Source: Podarcis pityusensis (lineage: Eukaryota). From it: a stretch of 64,000 bases of DNA. Below the pieces are notes generated by a model. The model did not search any database and was not told the origin of the DNA. It saw only the letters and a program-made list of their open reading frames with translations. Numbering within the stretch: the first letter of the stretch is position 1; each line of letters starts with the position of its first letter. The stretch lies in assembly GCA_964106645.2 (NCBI GenBank), contig OZ067044.1. The stretch is one strand, 5' to 3'. Both the position numbers and the translations under genes were made by a program. Shown piece by piece: positions 46,693 through 60,545 of the stretch.

Positions 46693-49600
46693 ATGAAGTA
46701 ACGTTTATAAAATTAAGCATTTATGCATTAAGAAATTCTATGCAACAGACTGAGAGCTTGCAGAGAACCATGCCATGCTCTTTTTTATCATCTTCATTAT
46801 AAGTTTCATAGGTTTGTGAATCAGAAACCAGAAACCTCCTGTTTAGATTGCTCTCCAACCACCCTGCCTTGCAATTATGTTAAGTTTGAGAGAAAAGGTC
46901 AAGGAAGAACAGTGGTTTCCTCACTTATTGGCTGAGTAGACTGCAGTGAAATAAAGCCTGAATAAATGTATTCTTAACTGTGCAATCCTGTGTGTGTTTA
47001 CTCATAAGTAAGTCCAACTGTGTTAAAGGAGAGTAAACTCCTGCAACCTTAATGTAACCTAATAAATACTATTCACTTAGTGTTTACTTATCTGGCATTT
47101 AGGACTTGGAAAAAGTATATTTCATCTTCTGATCAATAAAGAAGGTACAAGTAGCTCAGGTCAAGCCAAATCTAATTTTTGATGCTGTTTTACAATAGGG
47201 CTTCAGCATTTTTTTATTTTCTTTTTCATGTTCTCAAGGTATGGTGGGTTTGGAAATTCATGCCAGCACAAAAATCTGGCTGAAACAAACAAACAGAATC
47301 AGAAGCAATCCAGTCAGATGGGTGTGGTGTAGTAATCATCATCATCATCATCATAATAATCATACACAACCATACAACAAAAATAAGTTTGTCTTGCAAA
47401 TGAAAGTCTCAAGCACTTGACTGATTTAAAGTAGCCCCCTCAAATCCCAGTAGGTCATTAGCAACCATGCCTAGCATTGCCATATTTTGTGCACAAAAAG
47501 TACATCCATTTTATGTCTTTGATGAAGCATTGTGGGAAGTGGTGAGTGTGTTCCGATTTGCCTCCCCATTTCCCCCAGAGAGGATTCTGTCAGCCCAACT
47601 TGGCACTGACGATTTTTCTTCAGGACACTAAACTGTTTCTAATTGTTTTCTTTTCCTGCCACATGCCTCTTCCTGCTATTGCTCATTTCTGATATTGATA
47701 CCTTGCTTCCCTTCTCCTGTCTAATGATGTACATGTCAAAGCAGACCACCTTTCAAAGCTACCCATGAATGAACTGAGGGAGGGCGCAAGCCAGCTGCAG
47801 TCAGAAATCGAGAATTCCTGAGCAAAAAGGCATAATGGCAATGGTCCAATTAATGGTGAAGCCAAGAATAGTGTGAAGTAGCTACTGTTGCATAGTGACA
47901 ATGGAAGTCTAAGCTTCACATGATTATTTCAGTCCACATTCTACTACTGTTTTTGCCTCTGCCTCCTTCCTTAACTCCCCAGTAATGAAACTTGTATCTT
48001 ATACTCAAGTTTGTACCAAAATCTGTATGCGGAGTAGTCAAAGTCAGAAGTGTCACAGGACCACATTTCCTATTTCTCATGTCTACATGGAAGATGGATG
48101 GATTTGCAAAACACACTTTAAAATAAATAATTAGTGGATTTCTCTACCACCTTTCAGCTACAAGAGCCTCCAAGGTTGCTCAAAATATAGATCAAAAGCA
48201 TCTACAACAACTCTACAATAATACCACACTAAAACATACAGGAATGGAATGGAGAGCTTAAAAAGCAGAGCTACATGAAACAGTAGCAGGGTGCGAAGTT
48301 AAAATTATCTGAAACCCTGGCAAAAGAAGGTCTTGACTGTTCACAGAAAGGATAAATCAAACCAACCAAGCTCTGCAAGGAAGGGCATTCCACAACCTTA
48401 GTGATGGCCCTGTCTCGTATCTCAAATAACTGTGCCTCTAACGGCAAAGCCTCTGTTGGAGATAATAAAAGATAGAAGACTTAAATGAGAGAAGACAGAC
48501 TTTCAAACAATATGGCCCCAGACCATTTAGGGCAGGGCAGCCCAACTTCTAACACAAAGTGGGTTGCAAGAGTACTTTGACACAGAACCTATGGGCCACA
48601 AGCTGCCTTGTTGCAGAAGAGCAGGGAGCGAGGCCACAATTTGACACCCCCCTTGTGCTGTCTTCCCAAAGTTGGCTAAGCAAGGCACTGGGCTTTGGGA
48701 AAGAGGCACATGGCTGTGGCAGGGTCCTAGAGCCCTCCCACCTACTTTCCTAATCTGGGAAAGTGCTAACAAGGCTTTGGGAAGCAGATGGGAAGAATCT
48801 AGGACCCTATCAGAGCTCTCATGCCTTGCTTACTCAGGTTTGGGAAGGCAGCTTGGGAGAAGCATAAACTTGCCAAGGACCAACATAAAAGGTCTTGAGG
48901 GCTGCATGTTGGACAGGCAACTTAAATTGTACCTGGGGAACAAACTGAGAGCCAGCGCAACTTGCTGGACTTATATGTAGTCCCATAGTTCCATAATAGT
49001 TTCCCCATTGTCTAGAACTCTCATTATTTATTATTATTTATTTACTTATATGCTGTCCATCTGACTAGGTTCCCCCAGCCACTCTTGGACGCTTCCAACA
49101 AATCAAAATACAATACAACATCAAACATTAAAAGCTTGCCTGAACAGGGCTGCCTTCAGATGCAAAATAATTCACTGCAGACCATGTGCAAAAATATAAC
49201 GGGGAAGTCGGTGGATAGAATGCAATCATTTATTAGCACAAGTTTCTGGCTCATATATTTATCCCAGCTGCCATCGATCTCTTCCACAGTTTCTTTCTCT
49301 TGTATACTTTCTTTTTTGTTACTCTTTCTGCAGGCAACCCCCAGGCTTCTGACAATCCCCCCCCCAACCTCTGAAGAAGCTCTGTTCATTCAGATGACTT
49401 TATTTCCCTGTTCATTTCCTTTTACTTCACCTTTCCAGTTTACCTGGGTCTTTCCTCCCCATCCCGATTTCCACCTAAATTTCTCATTTGTCCTCCCCAT
49501 GCACAATTTTCTTCTGTTCCTGATAAACAAAAGGATTAATCTGCTAAACATCTGTTGAAAGTCAGTGGAAGAAACAATCTTGACACTTCGTAGGAACTGC

Positions 49601-52600
49601 TCTAAAACTTACAAGATCACAGACACTTCTTTTGTACGCAGAGTTGCCTATCATTGCTTCTCTCTTTAGCCAATAGTCCAAAACACACTCAGCAGAAAGC
49701 GAGCCTCACTGAACACAATAGAACCTGCTTCTCAATGCATAAGATGGCACTGTAAGTTTTGTCACATGCTGTTTTTAATAATCAATGCACCAATCCTCTG
49801 CTTTTCCTTAGGGATTTTCAGCCACTAGTCTTCAATGTGGAGTGCCAATGTGGGGAACAGTAACAGGACTGCATCTCCCGGTTCACCCTATATGTCTTGT
49901 TCACACATTGAGCACATATCTGTAAAGGGGGATCCTAGATGTGCAGAGGTGTACACGCATAGGATTCCACATTATTAGGAACCCTGCGTGATTTGGAAGG
50001 GATTCAGCACGTGCAAAAACAGATTTGCAGGAGAGAGTCTGCTGCAACCATCCCTGGAGCTAGTTAACCACTACAGGGTCACTGAGCACTCTTTGTTAAG
50101 ACATTAAACCTTTGATCCTTTGTATTTCAATGCAGTTGCATCAAGCAAGGCTTGATACTCAAAAGGAAATGGCAGGCTGATATGTGGGGGTGCATTGATT
50201 TAATTAAACTGAGCTGGAAACAGTTTTGCTTAATTTGACACAGCTCTCCTGTCACCCAGGGTGATTTGCCTATTGCTTTTTTACAGACACACAAAACGTA
50301 GCTTCGTTACTGTGCTACACATGGAATCCCGTGGCACTCTAAAGGTCACAAGCAATGTGTGAATAGGTAACACATTAAATTCATATTGGAGTCCATGCAA
50401 TAATCTGGATTTTTTTGTTTTGTTCAGGGCATAATTTGAGTCAGGCCACACAAGGGGTTACCCCTAGAAGCCACTTTAAAGATCAGCTCCTTGCAAGTGG
50501 ATTTTGCTTGAAATGGGAGGCTGGTACATTAACTCACAGGTAGATTTGTCCTGAAGGAACCACCCCCTCCAACCCCCCCACCCTTTTTATCAAGATGCAG
50601 ACCAAAATGCCTCCCCACAAGCATATGCTCACATGAAGAAATTCTCTAGCCAACTTCCTGAAGTCTGATTGTGTGGACCACAAGTGTGCAGAATGGAGCA
50701 AAGAGGGGCAAATAAGAAACAACGAAGAAGTAAATAAAGAAAAATGAATGGAAATGGTGAAGGGGGCAATGATATGAAAGCAGCATTGCCATATTTCATA
50801 GGGATGCAGCTGCTACTGTGATATCTGTGAAGAAGGTGAAATGAAGAGTTGAGGGACAACATACCTTTAGCGGGATCACCTTGGGTTAGTGAGACAAAAA
50901 TGCAAAACACCTTTGTAACTTCAGGCAAAAGCTGCTTCCCCTGACAAGCTTTCAGCACATCAAACAGTTATCAATAGCGTAACTAGTAGAGCAGAACAGA
51001 TTGTTTTGAGTCACTCCCCAAGTGAACTCTATTCAACCCATTGTTTAAAAACCCCAACACAGTTAAAGATTCCCAAGCACAGTTTCTGAAAGTTTTGGAC
51101 ATGTTCCCTTTCAAGACAAAGACTGAGAGGTTAAAGATGGTCTGGTTGTATAGAGGGGTTGCGTTCATTTGCACTGAATTCATATGCCTTGCATTAAACA
51201 TTCTCTTTGTTTGAGACACCTGGATACAATCAAATGATATGTATCTAAGTACTTACTTGGGAGACAAGGAGGGAGCTGCTAATATAGTAGCAGGCCAGAG
51301 CTACATTTTTCATTGATACTATTAATGATAATTTCACCAGTTTACTATCATTTCCCATGTCCTTCTACTTCAACCTTACCAACCTTACCTTCATACTGTA
51401 CTTCCTGAGCATTTTAATGGTGCATTAAGAGCACCTTTGTATGGGTGTTTACTTACTATTTTTCTCTCGGCATTCATGGTGTTCCCTACCACACAGAGAG
51501 GGGGCATGTGCAAAATGCGATGCTGCAAGTTGCCATAGTAACATACATATAACTAATGCCAAAAATAGTGACTGTTGCATTTGTAAATGTATATGTAAAA
51601 GCTGCCCTGTAACACAGCTGATACCTACTGTGAGGGATTTGTTGTTTTATTCCCTTGCCTTATGTGTTTTATTTTCAGTGTACACACCAAATACTGCAAA
51701 TAAATCTGTTCTTAGTGATCAGGGTTACCGTTTTCTGCGGAAGGAACCTCTCTTATGTATCACAGGCCTAAAAAGGCAGTGTGGGTTTTTATTTTAATGT
51801 CTCATTTGAGAATTTGTAATCTGCTTTTCAATTTAAACATGTTCTTGAAATGGAGAGTCATATTATTACAAACCAAAAGCATACATTAAACTATCCAAAG
51901 GTATAGTTCCTGTTGAGATAGTTCACCAGTGCCTGGAGTATACCAGATCGAAATTCCAGTAGAAACACATGGGATTGAATGCCTTCATACAAGAAGGGGA
52001 ATCCACACACTGAAAGCAAGTATCTCAAAGAGAAAACTAGGCTAGAACCCTTCTCCCTGGCACACTAGTTTTCTGCATGAGAGGAATGTTTTACATTTGA
52101 AGATGTTTAGTGGTAGAACATGTGTTCTGCATACAGAAGATCTCAGATGCCATCCCCCAACAGCTCCAGATAGGGTTGGAAAAGACCCCTGTCTGAAACC
52201 CTGTGATTTTTGAAGGATAACTTCATTTTGCTTCACATGTTGGCTCAAGAAGCACAAATAAAGTTGGTTTGCCCCATGCCTAATTGTGACAGGTGACACA
52301 TTCCTGTTCAGTTTGCTAACTGTTGATGGGTGACTTCAAGGTGATCTGGAATGTTATCTTAAACTCAGATTTGGACTGGACAGCCCTTCAAACATAGGAT
52401 TTTCGCAAAGAGAGAGGATCGCCCCCTGACAGCCATTTGAAAGAGGACTGTTCTCTGTAAAGTAGAACACAGGATCACCCTACCCAGACCTGTATTATCT
52501 TATCAAGCAGAGGTATTGATACAAACCCTAGACTAGCACATACACCTAAGGTTTTAATAGGCATTTCACATCTAGGAAGTGGCTCACATGGTGGGGTGGA

Positions 52601-52630
52601 GAAGAAAAGGCTAAAGATGAAACTTTACAC

Positions 52631-52766
52631 CAGTGTTTCCCAACTTTGGGTCTCCAGCTCTTTTTGGACTACCACTCCCATCATCCCTAGCTAGCAAGAC
52701 CAGTGGTCAGGGATGATAGGTATTGTAGTCCGAAAACAGCTGCAGACCCAAGGTTGGGAAACACTG
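52631..52766. mobile_element. Palindromic hAT-type MITE
   Basis: cagtgtttcccaac / gttgggaaacactg TIRs; 8-bp flanks ctttacac and ctctactc (6/8). Confidence 0.8.
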
Positions 52767-53567
52767 CTCTACTCAGATGTGGAGTGGAGTCCCTTGTATG
52801 CCTCCTTCCAGCAATTCCTGCAGCCAAGCGGTGCCAAATGTATTGCTCTGCTTTGCTTTGGACCATATCAACGGGGCCGAGAGGGGTGTCTTGTCATCTG
52901 GGCAGGACCTCTAGACATATTGCCCAGGCTTGCATCCCAGAGAGGTCACTTCAGTGCTGCTAACACAGCAAAAACAACATGGGAAGCAGCAGTCGTGAGT
53001 TACTGGTCTATGCAGCCACAGCAGGCGCTGTGGTTCCCCAGCGGTTTGACTTCACCCCTGGAGGTGCACTTCATTGCCTCTCAAGATGGACAGATGACAA
53101 CAAACTCTTTCTCTCCCTCCCCCCCCTCTCTGATTACTTGGAGTCTCAAAAGTTGGGAAGGTGCTGATTTTTAAAAGGCTGAAGAGGTACTTACAAGGTG
53201 CTCAACCATGGTAAGCACTGATGCTGGTCCTGGGTCAGTCTGACCAGGTGCTATGGATTGCTATATAGAAGAAGGATTTCAGCAGGTGCGGTTTGGCATG
53301 CCATAGCCCTGTCAGTGTGAGCAAAGACGGGCCTGCAGACATTCCTCTTCTGCACGACTATGAATGAAAAAATACAGGATCTTTGTCCTCATTGTAGCTG
53401 GTAACCCTTCCAGTGGGAGAAGTGGGTATTTCTTGTTCTAAATAAAGGCACCTGTCCTTTTGGCATATTTTGGGCAGTGAACCAAAATACCACAGATGAG
53501 TCTTCCAGGAGGCTCCTGGTTTAGCAATGACTATAGCAGCACCAGCGAGAAATGGGGCCATCTGAAT

Positions 53568-53735
53568 GGGCTGTAGCTCAGTGACACTGCGTTTGCTGTG
53601 CATGCAGAAGATATAGGCATCTCCATGCAGGGCTTGAAATGTCCTCCGTTTGAAACCCTGGAGAGTGACTCCAGTCAGTGTGCAATGCTGTAGGTGGACC
53701 AATAGCCTGACGTGGTATAAGGCAGCTTTATGTGT
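53568..53735 (+). mobile_element. tRNA-derived SINE (Squam3-like)
   Basis: gggctgtagctcagtg..tgcatgcagaag..gaaaccctggagag..ccagtcagtgt..tggaccaat..gtataaggcagctt. Confidence 0.65.
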
Positions 53736-55639
53736 TGCTGCATTTCACCTCAATTATTGCATCTTGTGAACATCTACCCCAGTTTCAAAGAAAGCCCATC
53801 TTACAGCTACTATCTAGTTATTAGAGGGTTTTATTTTTCTGTAGCACTCTAAAAGCAAACAGCAAAAAGGAAACCAAAGCAAGTGTAGAAAAATAAGGGG
53901 ACCCTGAAAGGAAATCCTGTGATATAGGGAGAAAAAGTAAAGCCATGTACTTATTAGGTAGGTCCCTATGGATTTCTCCCCCCCCCTCTTTTTTTTAGGG
54001 GAAAAAAGTCTTTGTTGTCAAAAGTGGGAATCAACTACTTGAACATTTTATCTAAGAATTCTGAGATACATATCTAGATATCTTTAAGTAGGTTACCTGT
54101 GAACTAAATCAAAAAAATACATTATCTATAGAACTGTAACATTAAAAATATGGACTAGAGTTCAGATCTTGCAGGTCTTGTTATGAGTGCAGGGGGGGAG
54201 GGAAGGAGCGCAGATAAAAGAAATTGAGCAATGATTAAGAGAATGCATGGATCCTGAGTGTAGTATTTTGAAAAGTAGAAACGGTGCTCATTTGATCAAA
54301 GAGGTTAGGCTAGGCAAATGAAACTATCTCAAAGATTACGTTTTGACATTAGAACTCTCTAACCCGTAGAAAATAATGAGGACTTGCTATTCAGGGTATC
54401 AAAAGTGGAATCTGCAAACATTTATTTAAAGAGAGCGAACGAGACTGATAATATGTGACGTTCATTTGGATTACAATGTTCAGTATTATCTAGCTTGTAG
54501 GAAAAAATATTTTTAAAAGTTTCTTTACACAATGAATTGGGATTGGAGGGGGTGGCCTTTTTGACATATAGTATGCTGTTTGAATGCAATTAAAATCTCT
54601 GAATGTGACTGCATAGTGGATCCCTGTCAGCTATCCAGATATCATTCTGACAGTTCAGATTTCTCTTTACAGTCACACTGCATGAAAGATCATCAAAAAA
54701 ACAATTATTTTGAATCCTTGGTCAGGAACAAAAAATCACTGCAAATAAAATGTCTCAGATAGGAATGTTTTGCTTGCCATGCCGTAATAATTTACCCCTT
54801 GATGTGCATCTTGAAACACCCCCTCCCCATGAAATTACCTGCTAAAATAGAAGGAACTCCAGGGCTCATAGAATAGCAAGGTAAGCTTAAGCTGTATTTG
54901 AGATGGGGAGGCTGAGGGAGAAATGAAATGTAGGTGGACTGTCAGAAGTGTGATGTGCTGCATAGAAGCCACTTTAAAAGTGGTGCAATCTGGTTTGGAG
55001 AGGTCTTTATTTATTTATTTTATTTATTAGATTTATCAAAAGAACTCAGGGCGGTTCACAGAATAAAATACAGGATAAAAACAAGTAAATAAGTAAAACA
55101 AAACAGCAAAGCAATAACACTCCTTCCTACAGACACATTTAAAAGGCTGTAGTGCCATGCCATTGATTACTACCACAAAACTATCTATTTGCCAATAATT
55201 TCAATTTAGTACATGTTGCCTCCTAACAGTTGAAGCCTATGCCCACTGAGTTCAATGGGACTTACTCCCAGGTAATTGTGTATAGGATTGTAGCCTAACA
55301 ATGAACCACTTGTGTCCAAGAAGTTGTGCATTTTTTAAAAAATACTTACTTGCAGTATTTATAACATATGTCCTTTGCAAATAGTCCTAGGGTAAGGTGC
55401 ATAGGCAAAACAGTATAACATCAAATATAAAAAGCATACACTCTGAAACTTTCACAAGGAAGATCAAAACAATTTCTGAAAGCAGCCTATGGTACCTTCC
55501 AGCTGTACAATCTTCACAACCTCAACCTTTCTCAAAGGCCCAGCCAAGGAAGCACACGTTTAGTCAAGAACCGCCTCTCCCCATACAAACCAACCCAGAT
55601 GCTGTGACAACCATCTGGGACACTTCTTCATATGCCTCC

Positions 55640-56145
55640 TCCATGAGAGGTCCAGAGGGTGGCAATGCGAGAATGGGTATTTTCTATGGAGGCTCACTGT
55701 TTGTGGAATGCTCTCTTCAGGGAGGCTCACCTGACACCTTCACTACATATCTTCAGGTGCCAGGCAAAAATATTACTCTTTAACCAGGCCTTGGACTGAT
55801 GAACGTTCGATGTCCTTACAAAATAAAAAAATTCCTTCCAGTAGCACCTTAGAGACCAGCTAAGTTTGTTACTGGTATGAGCTTTCGTGTGCATGGTCTC
55901 TAAGGTGCTACTGGAAGGAATTTTTTTTTATTTTGTTTTGACTACGGCAGACCAACACGGCTACCTACCTGTAACTATTCTATGTCCTTGTAAATGTGTT
56001 TGTGTGTGGGGGGGATTTCTTTGTTTTTGTTTTTATATATTTTGTGTCCTTGTTTTGTCTTTTTATGTTGTCAACCACTCTGCGATCTTCGAATAAAGGA
56101 TGATATGCAAATTTAATTAACATAATAAATAGTAATAATAATAAT
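55640..56145 (+). mobile_element. L2-type LINE 3' fragment interrupted at 55818-55977
   Basis: gtggaatgctct..ttcaggtgccaggcaaaaa..tttaaccaggcctt, resuming with ttttatgttgtcaaccactctgcgatcttc..aaatttaattaa. Confidence 0.6.
55818..55977. mobile_element. Penelope-like element terminal remnant in inverted (hairpin) arrangement
   Basis: ~41-bp arms 55818-55858 and 55894-55936 containing gtagcaccttagagacca; spacer has gagctttcgtgtgcat; 12-bp TSD ttc(g/t)atgtcctt (55806-55817, 55978-55989). Family assignment is from recall. Confidence 0.7.
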
Positions 56146-56242
56146 TGCATATGAAAGGAATACAGTGACCACTTGTTCAGTTCTTGTCCACCTTCAGGGG
56201 TCTTCTGCCCACCAGGAATGTGAAAACTCTAGCTGGTTCTTT

Positions 56243-56556
56243 CAGCAGTGGAGCATATGCCTGCACTGCCCAGGGCGGGTGCATTCTCGAGGGGCGCGGG
56301 GCGCAGATGGTACCCTCACGGTAGGAGAGGGGCGGGGAAGCTGCTGGTCACTCTCCTCCTGCTCTCTGCAGCCAGGTCAGACATGACCTGGACGCGGAGC
56401 TGCTGCGGTTGGGTGAGCGTCACCATGGCTGAGGAGGGCTGCTCTCTGCCACTGGGTCAGAAGAGCTGCTGCCGCCGGGTCCACTCGCCTGCCACTTTGT
56501 CACCCCCCTCAGTCATGACACCCGGGGTGGCCCGCGCCCCCCACCCTACGCCTCTG
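56243..56556. mobile_element. GC-rich hAT-like non-autonomous element
   Basis: CAG..CTG ends; 8-bp flanks ggttcttt and ggttctct; gtcaccccc/gacaccc subterminal motifs. Confidence 0.5.
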
Positions 56557-56718
56557 GGTTCTCTCTTTCTTGCTGCCTCCAGCCCTGTACCTTTGTTTCC
56601 TGTCCACGTATGTTATTTTTCCAGTCTTAGTTAAGAACAGAGGGAACACAAAACCTCACACTCACCCACTAAACCAATGTTGTCTACTTTTTCTCTAAAC
56701 TGGGAGGGGTCAATAAAA

Positions 56719-57064
56719 CAGAGGCACCAGCTTGTGAGGGTGATTGGGGAGACCCGATGTTGTGCGTGATGTCACAATGTTAGGAGGAGCTGGGGCAGAG
56801 CCGAACGCTGCAGCCATGAGGCTTCAATGGCTGGTGACTCCTCCTCCGCCTTGCGCCATCTCCAGTGGGAGGCTGCTTTGACCCTCCTTCCGCTCCACAT
56901 CAGGAGGAAGAGAAGAAGGAGGCAGCCACTGCAGCTGTGTCACACTCAGCTCCATGCCTTGCCTCCACGCTTTTTTGACGTGGGGAGAGTCTGCCCCCCA
57001 AAAAAAATATGGGGGGGGGGGTTGAGGGCCAAAAGGGCTTAGCTCTCAGGAGCTGGTGCCCCTG
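56719..57064. mobile_element. TIR DNA element (hAT-like)
   Basis: cagaggcaccagct / agctggtgcccctg TIRs (13/14); TSD unclear. Confidence 0.55.
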
Positions 57065-58349
57065 AATAAGGACCTGGGTTTCTTGCTTGGTAACCACACC
57101 ATGTGGGATTCCAGGTAACATAAGAAGGCTTGCCTACCTTAGCCTTTTCTCTGGTTGTGAGAAATGTTGTTGTCCAAGAGCCAGAGTATCTACACTCAGT
57201 GGCAGGGGTTCTCCAGGATTTCAGACAGGACTCTTTCCCAGCCCTAATTGAAGATACTAGGGACTGAATCTGGGACCTTTTCCATGAAAAGCAGGTGTTC
57301 TAGTGCTGCTGTTTTGTCCCACTTCAGGGGGAAAAAAATACATCAAAATATTTTCCTATATAATTGATCCTTGAATCTCTGGTGCACATGGAATTCTGAT
57401 GCATCCATCAGAAAACACACACACACACACAAACACACACACGATCATAATACAATACACAAACCATCCTGCTCTGCTCCTATCAGAGCGCCAATAAAGC
57501 ACATGTCATATATGTGAAAATTAGAATGTCATGGCTTTTAGTCTCTCCCCACTAGCAATTTACACTGATATGGCAACTGTAATGCAGAGACCATTAGAAC
57601 GCAAACATCCCAAGGCTTAGTTTCATGTGTTCAATTCTTCTCTTTTTTATTTTTTTCTTAAGTAAATGAAGGAAAGTGCTTCTGCATCAAGAGGAAGAAT
57701 AGACCATAAAATTAGAATTTAAAAATGATCAAGAGCTCGGATTAAATTTCTTTCACTCCGATCCTCCTTCCTTCTCTCCCCCGCCCCACCCTGTAATCTT
57801 TGTCACTGAAATACAAATGTCATGAATGTGAGAAGAAAGCATCTCGGGCATTAGGCTTCAATGATAGCTCATTCACATGACAATGGCTGCGCTGAGAACA
57901 GAACATTTCACAGAATGGAGCTATTCTTGTGGCAAAGATTATAATGACAGGGAGAAACGGTGCAAAATTAACCAATTCTTGCATCTTCAGAGAGTAATCT
58001 TACAAGCCTCCTTGCGGGCTGCATAATAAGAGGAGACAAACTGCAGCATGCCTTCTGGAACAATGAAAGTTAGCAGCTCGGCCAAGCTGCAGCAAGCCTT
58101 CAGTTGATGGAACCGCCACCGCTAGGTGCCACTGTAATCAGCTCCCACATGCCCAGGGGGTCTTGGCAGAACCATGGTAATGGAGTAGAAATTAAGAAAA
58201 TACAGATTTATTTTTTTTGTTATTATACACCATTTTGAATTTTATTTTTTTAATGGTGGCTGCATCATTTTTTGGGGGTGGGGCAGGACAATGCTTTCTA
58301 TACTCAGGGCTGGAAGGCCCCTACTCAGCATCAGAGGCATCCTTTGTTA

Positions 58350-58709
58350 CATTCAGGTAGGTAGCCGGGTTGGTCTGATGCAGTCGAAATAAATAAAAAA
58401 ATTGTCCAGTAGCACCTTAGAGACTTCGTTGGTCTCTAAGGTGCTACTGGACAATTTATTTACAGTGGTACCTCAGGTTACATACGCTTCAGGTTACAGA
58501 CTCCGCTAATCCAGAAACAGTGCTTCACGTTAAGAACTTTGCTTCAGGATGAGAACAGAAATTGTGCTCCGGTGGCGCGGTGGCAGCATGAGGAAGCCCC
58601 ATTAGCTAAAGTGGTGCTTCAGGTTAAGAACAGTTTCATGTTAAGTATGGACCTCTGGAACGAATTAAGTACTTAACCTGAGGTACCACTGTATTTATTT
58701 TATTTATTT
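58350..58709. mobile_element. Second Penelope-like hairpin remnant with a nested MITE
   Basis: caggtaggtagccgggttggtctg end (reverse of 55948-55971); perfect 26-bp arms 58399-58424 and 58432-58457; 12-bp TSD catc(c/t)tttgtta (58338-58349, 58710-58721). Confidence 0.7.
58463..58691. mobile_element. Tc1/mariner-pogo-type MITE, copy 3
   Basis: TA + CAGTGGTACCTCAGGTTA ... TAACCTGAGGTACCACTG + TA. Confidence 0.9.
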
Positions 58710-60545
58710 CATCTTTTGTTAGGTCACATTTTCTGCAGTTGCTTATATACGGAGAGGCACAATCCCATTGGAATACTCCTTCACACCTTCCGATAAGGAA
58801 ATTACTGTGGCTGAATCCGCACATCACATTAAGCCTTGTGACATCGTGCCTACCTGGGCTTTTTTGGTCAGTGTGGTGTGGCAGCTGTGCTGAGGTCTGA
58901 CTTAGCAAGTTGTCCAAATTATGATTCCAGTCCTAGGGTTATAGGTTAAGGAGGAAAGACCTTGACCATGCCCCCAGGTTCAGTTGAACAGCTAAACCAA
59001 CCCTTTGCTTTGCTGCCATCCGGTGCTGGCCTAAAAAGCTCAGGGATGAGCAAAGCAGGAGCCAGTACATTTGGATAAGCAAAGCAGGTCATGGTAAGCT
59101 CTACTTATATATATATATTTAGATGTTCTAAAAGATTTTAAATGGTTTAGATGGTTTTAAAATTTTCTTTTAAAATTATAATATGTTTTTATTTTCTCTT
59201 AAATCATATTGTTTTACTATTTTGATGTTGGGTGCCCTGGGCTCCTTTGGGATGAAAGGCAGGAAATAAAATTAATCAATACTATTATTAATGCTCTGGC
59301 TTATTGTGATCTGTGCTATGTGAGCAAGGCCATTGACTCAAGATGGATAAGAAGACATTATCCTCTGAAGTGTGAGGCCAACGTAGTGTTGAGTGCATCT
59401 GAGCTAGGAATTTTGCAGCAGTTTGTGAATTTTCTAAATAAAAATTCACCAGCAATTAACTGTGAATATAATAAAATCATAGAATTGTAGAGTTGGAAGA
59501 TACACCGAGGGTCATCTAGTTTAATCTCTTGCAATGCAGGAGTCACAGCTCAAGAAAACCTGACTTTTTTGACCAATGCACACATTTTTGCAAGCATTTT
59601 CAACTAATATAATGCATTTTGTACATTATTTTCACTAATATATTCATTTTTATCCACATTTCCCTTTAACATATGCATTTTATAAACATTGTTTAGTTGG
59701 GAGTTCTGTATTGTAAAATTTGGATAAGTGAGAATTTGAAAGATAACTGCATTTTGGTTCATATACCATTTTAGAAATTTCAAATTGGATAGAGCTGGCT
59801 TTAAATGTGTACTGAATTGAATTGCTCCTCCATCCCTTACCTGAGCTCATTGATTTCAATCAGTCAAAGCAGTTGCAATTATGGGTTGGACATTTGCTAA
59901 AGCATAGCAACTCAAAATGCTGGCCAAAGATGGTATTTTTGTGTTCTCATTTTGTATTTTTATGTTGTGAACCACCCTGTGATCCTGGGATGAAGGGTCA
60001 TATACAAATTTCATAAATGATAAAGAATAATAATAACAAACAGGATGGTAAAGACTATCTCAAAACCAGCTCAGTATATCACTTTACTGTGTGTCTTTGC
60101 CCTCTTCAGAAATCACTGTGAATTAGGGTGAGATGATCCTATACTTTGGAATCAAACCTCATTTTTTCAGTGTACTCTCTCTATATGTGTGTAAATGCAA
60201 AACAAAGCATGCACAACTTTCCCCATATTTACAATCCAACTTATCCTAAGTAATTTTATGTACTACTATTATGTTATTTCAACAATGAGAAAGCGTTAAA
60301 TTGTTATATATATGTGTGTGTGTGTGTGTGTGCACGCGCGCTCTTTATGTAATTAGTTGAGGGCAACTGAAAGGTTTCAAGTTGTTCTTGTTTCTGCCTC
60401 CCAACTGTAAACATACAATTTTTGTGAGTTTGGATACCATACATACCTTAATTTAATTAAATTACTCTTGCACCATGGATTCCATGTTAGCCATGTGACA
60501 GCAATTGATATTTCCAATACTCTTGTCTAGAATTAACTTTGAGTC

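Noticed and set aside
49085-49558. 157-aa ORF
   Set aside because: Starts within an L2 tail, low-complexity pyrimidine-rich translation, no domain recognised
55794-55812. CTGATGA as the missing hammerhead half
   Set aside because: It lies outside the TSD in the host L2 tail and on the opposite strand to the GAAA half
56248-56634. GC-rich ORF or CpG-island exon
   Set aside because: Explained by a hAT-like element with 8-bp flanking repeats
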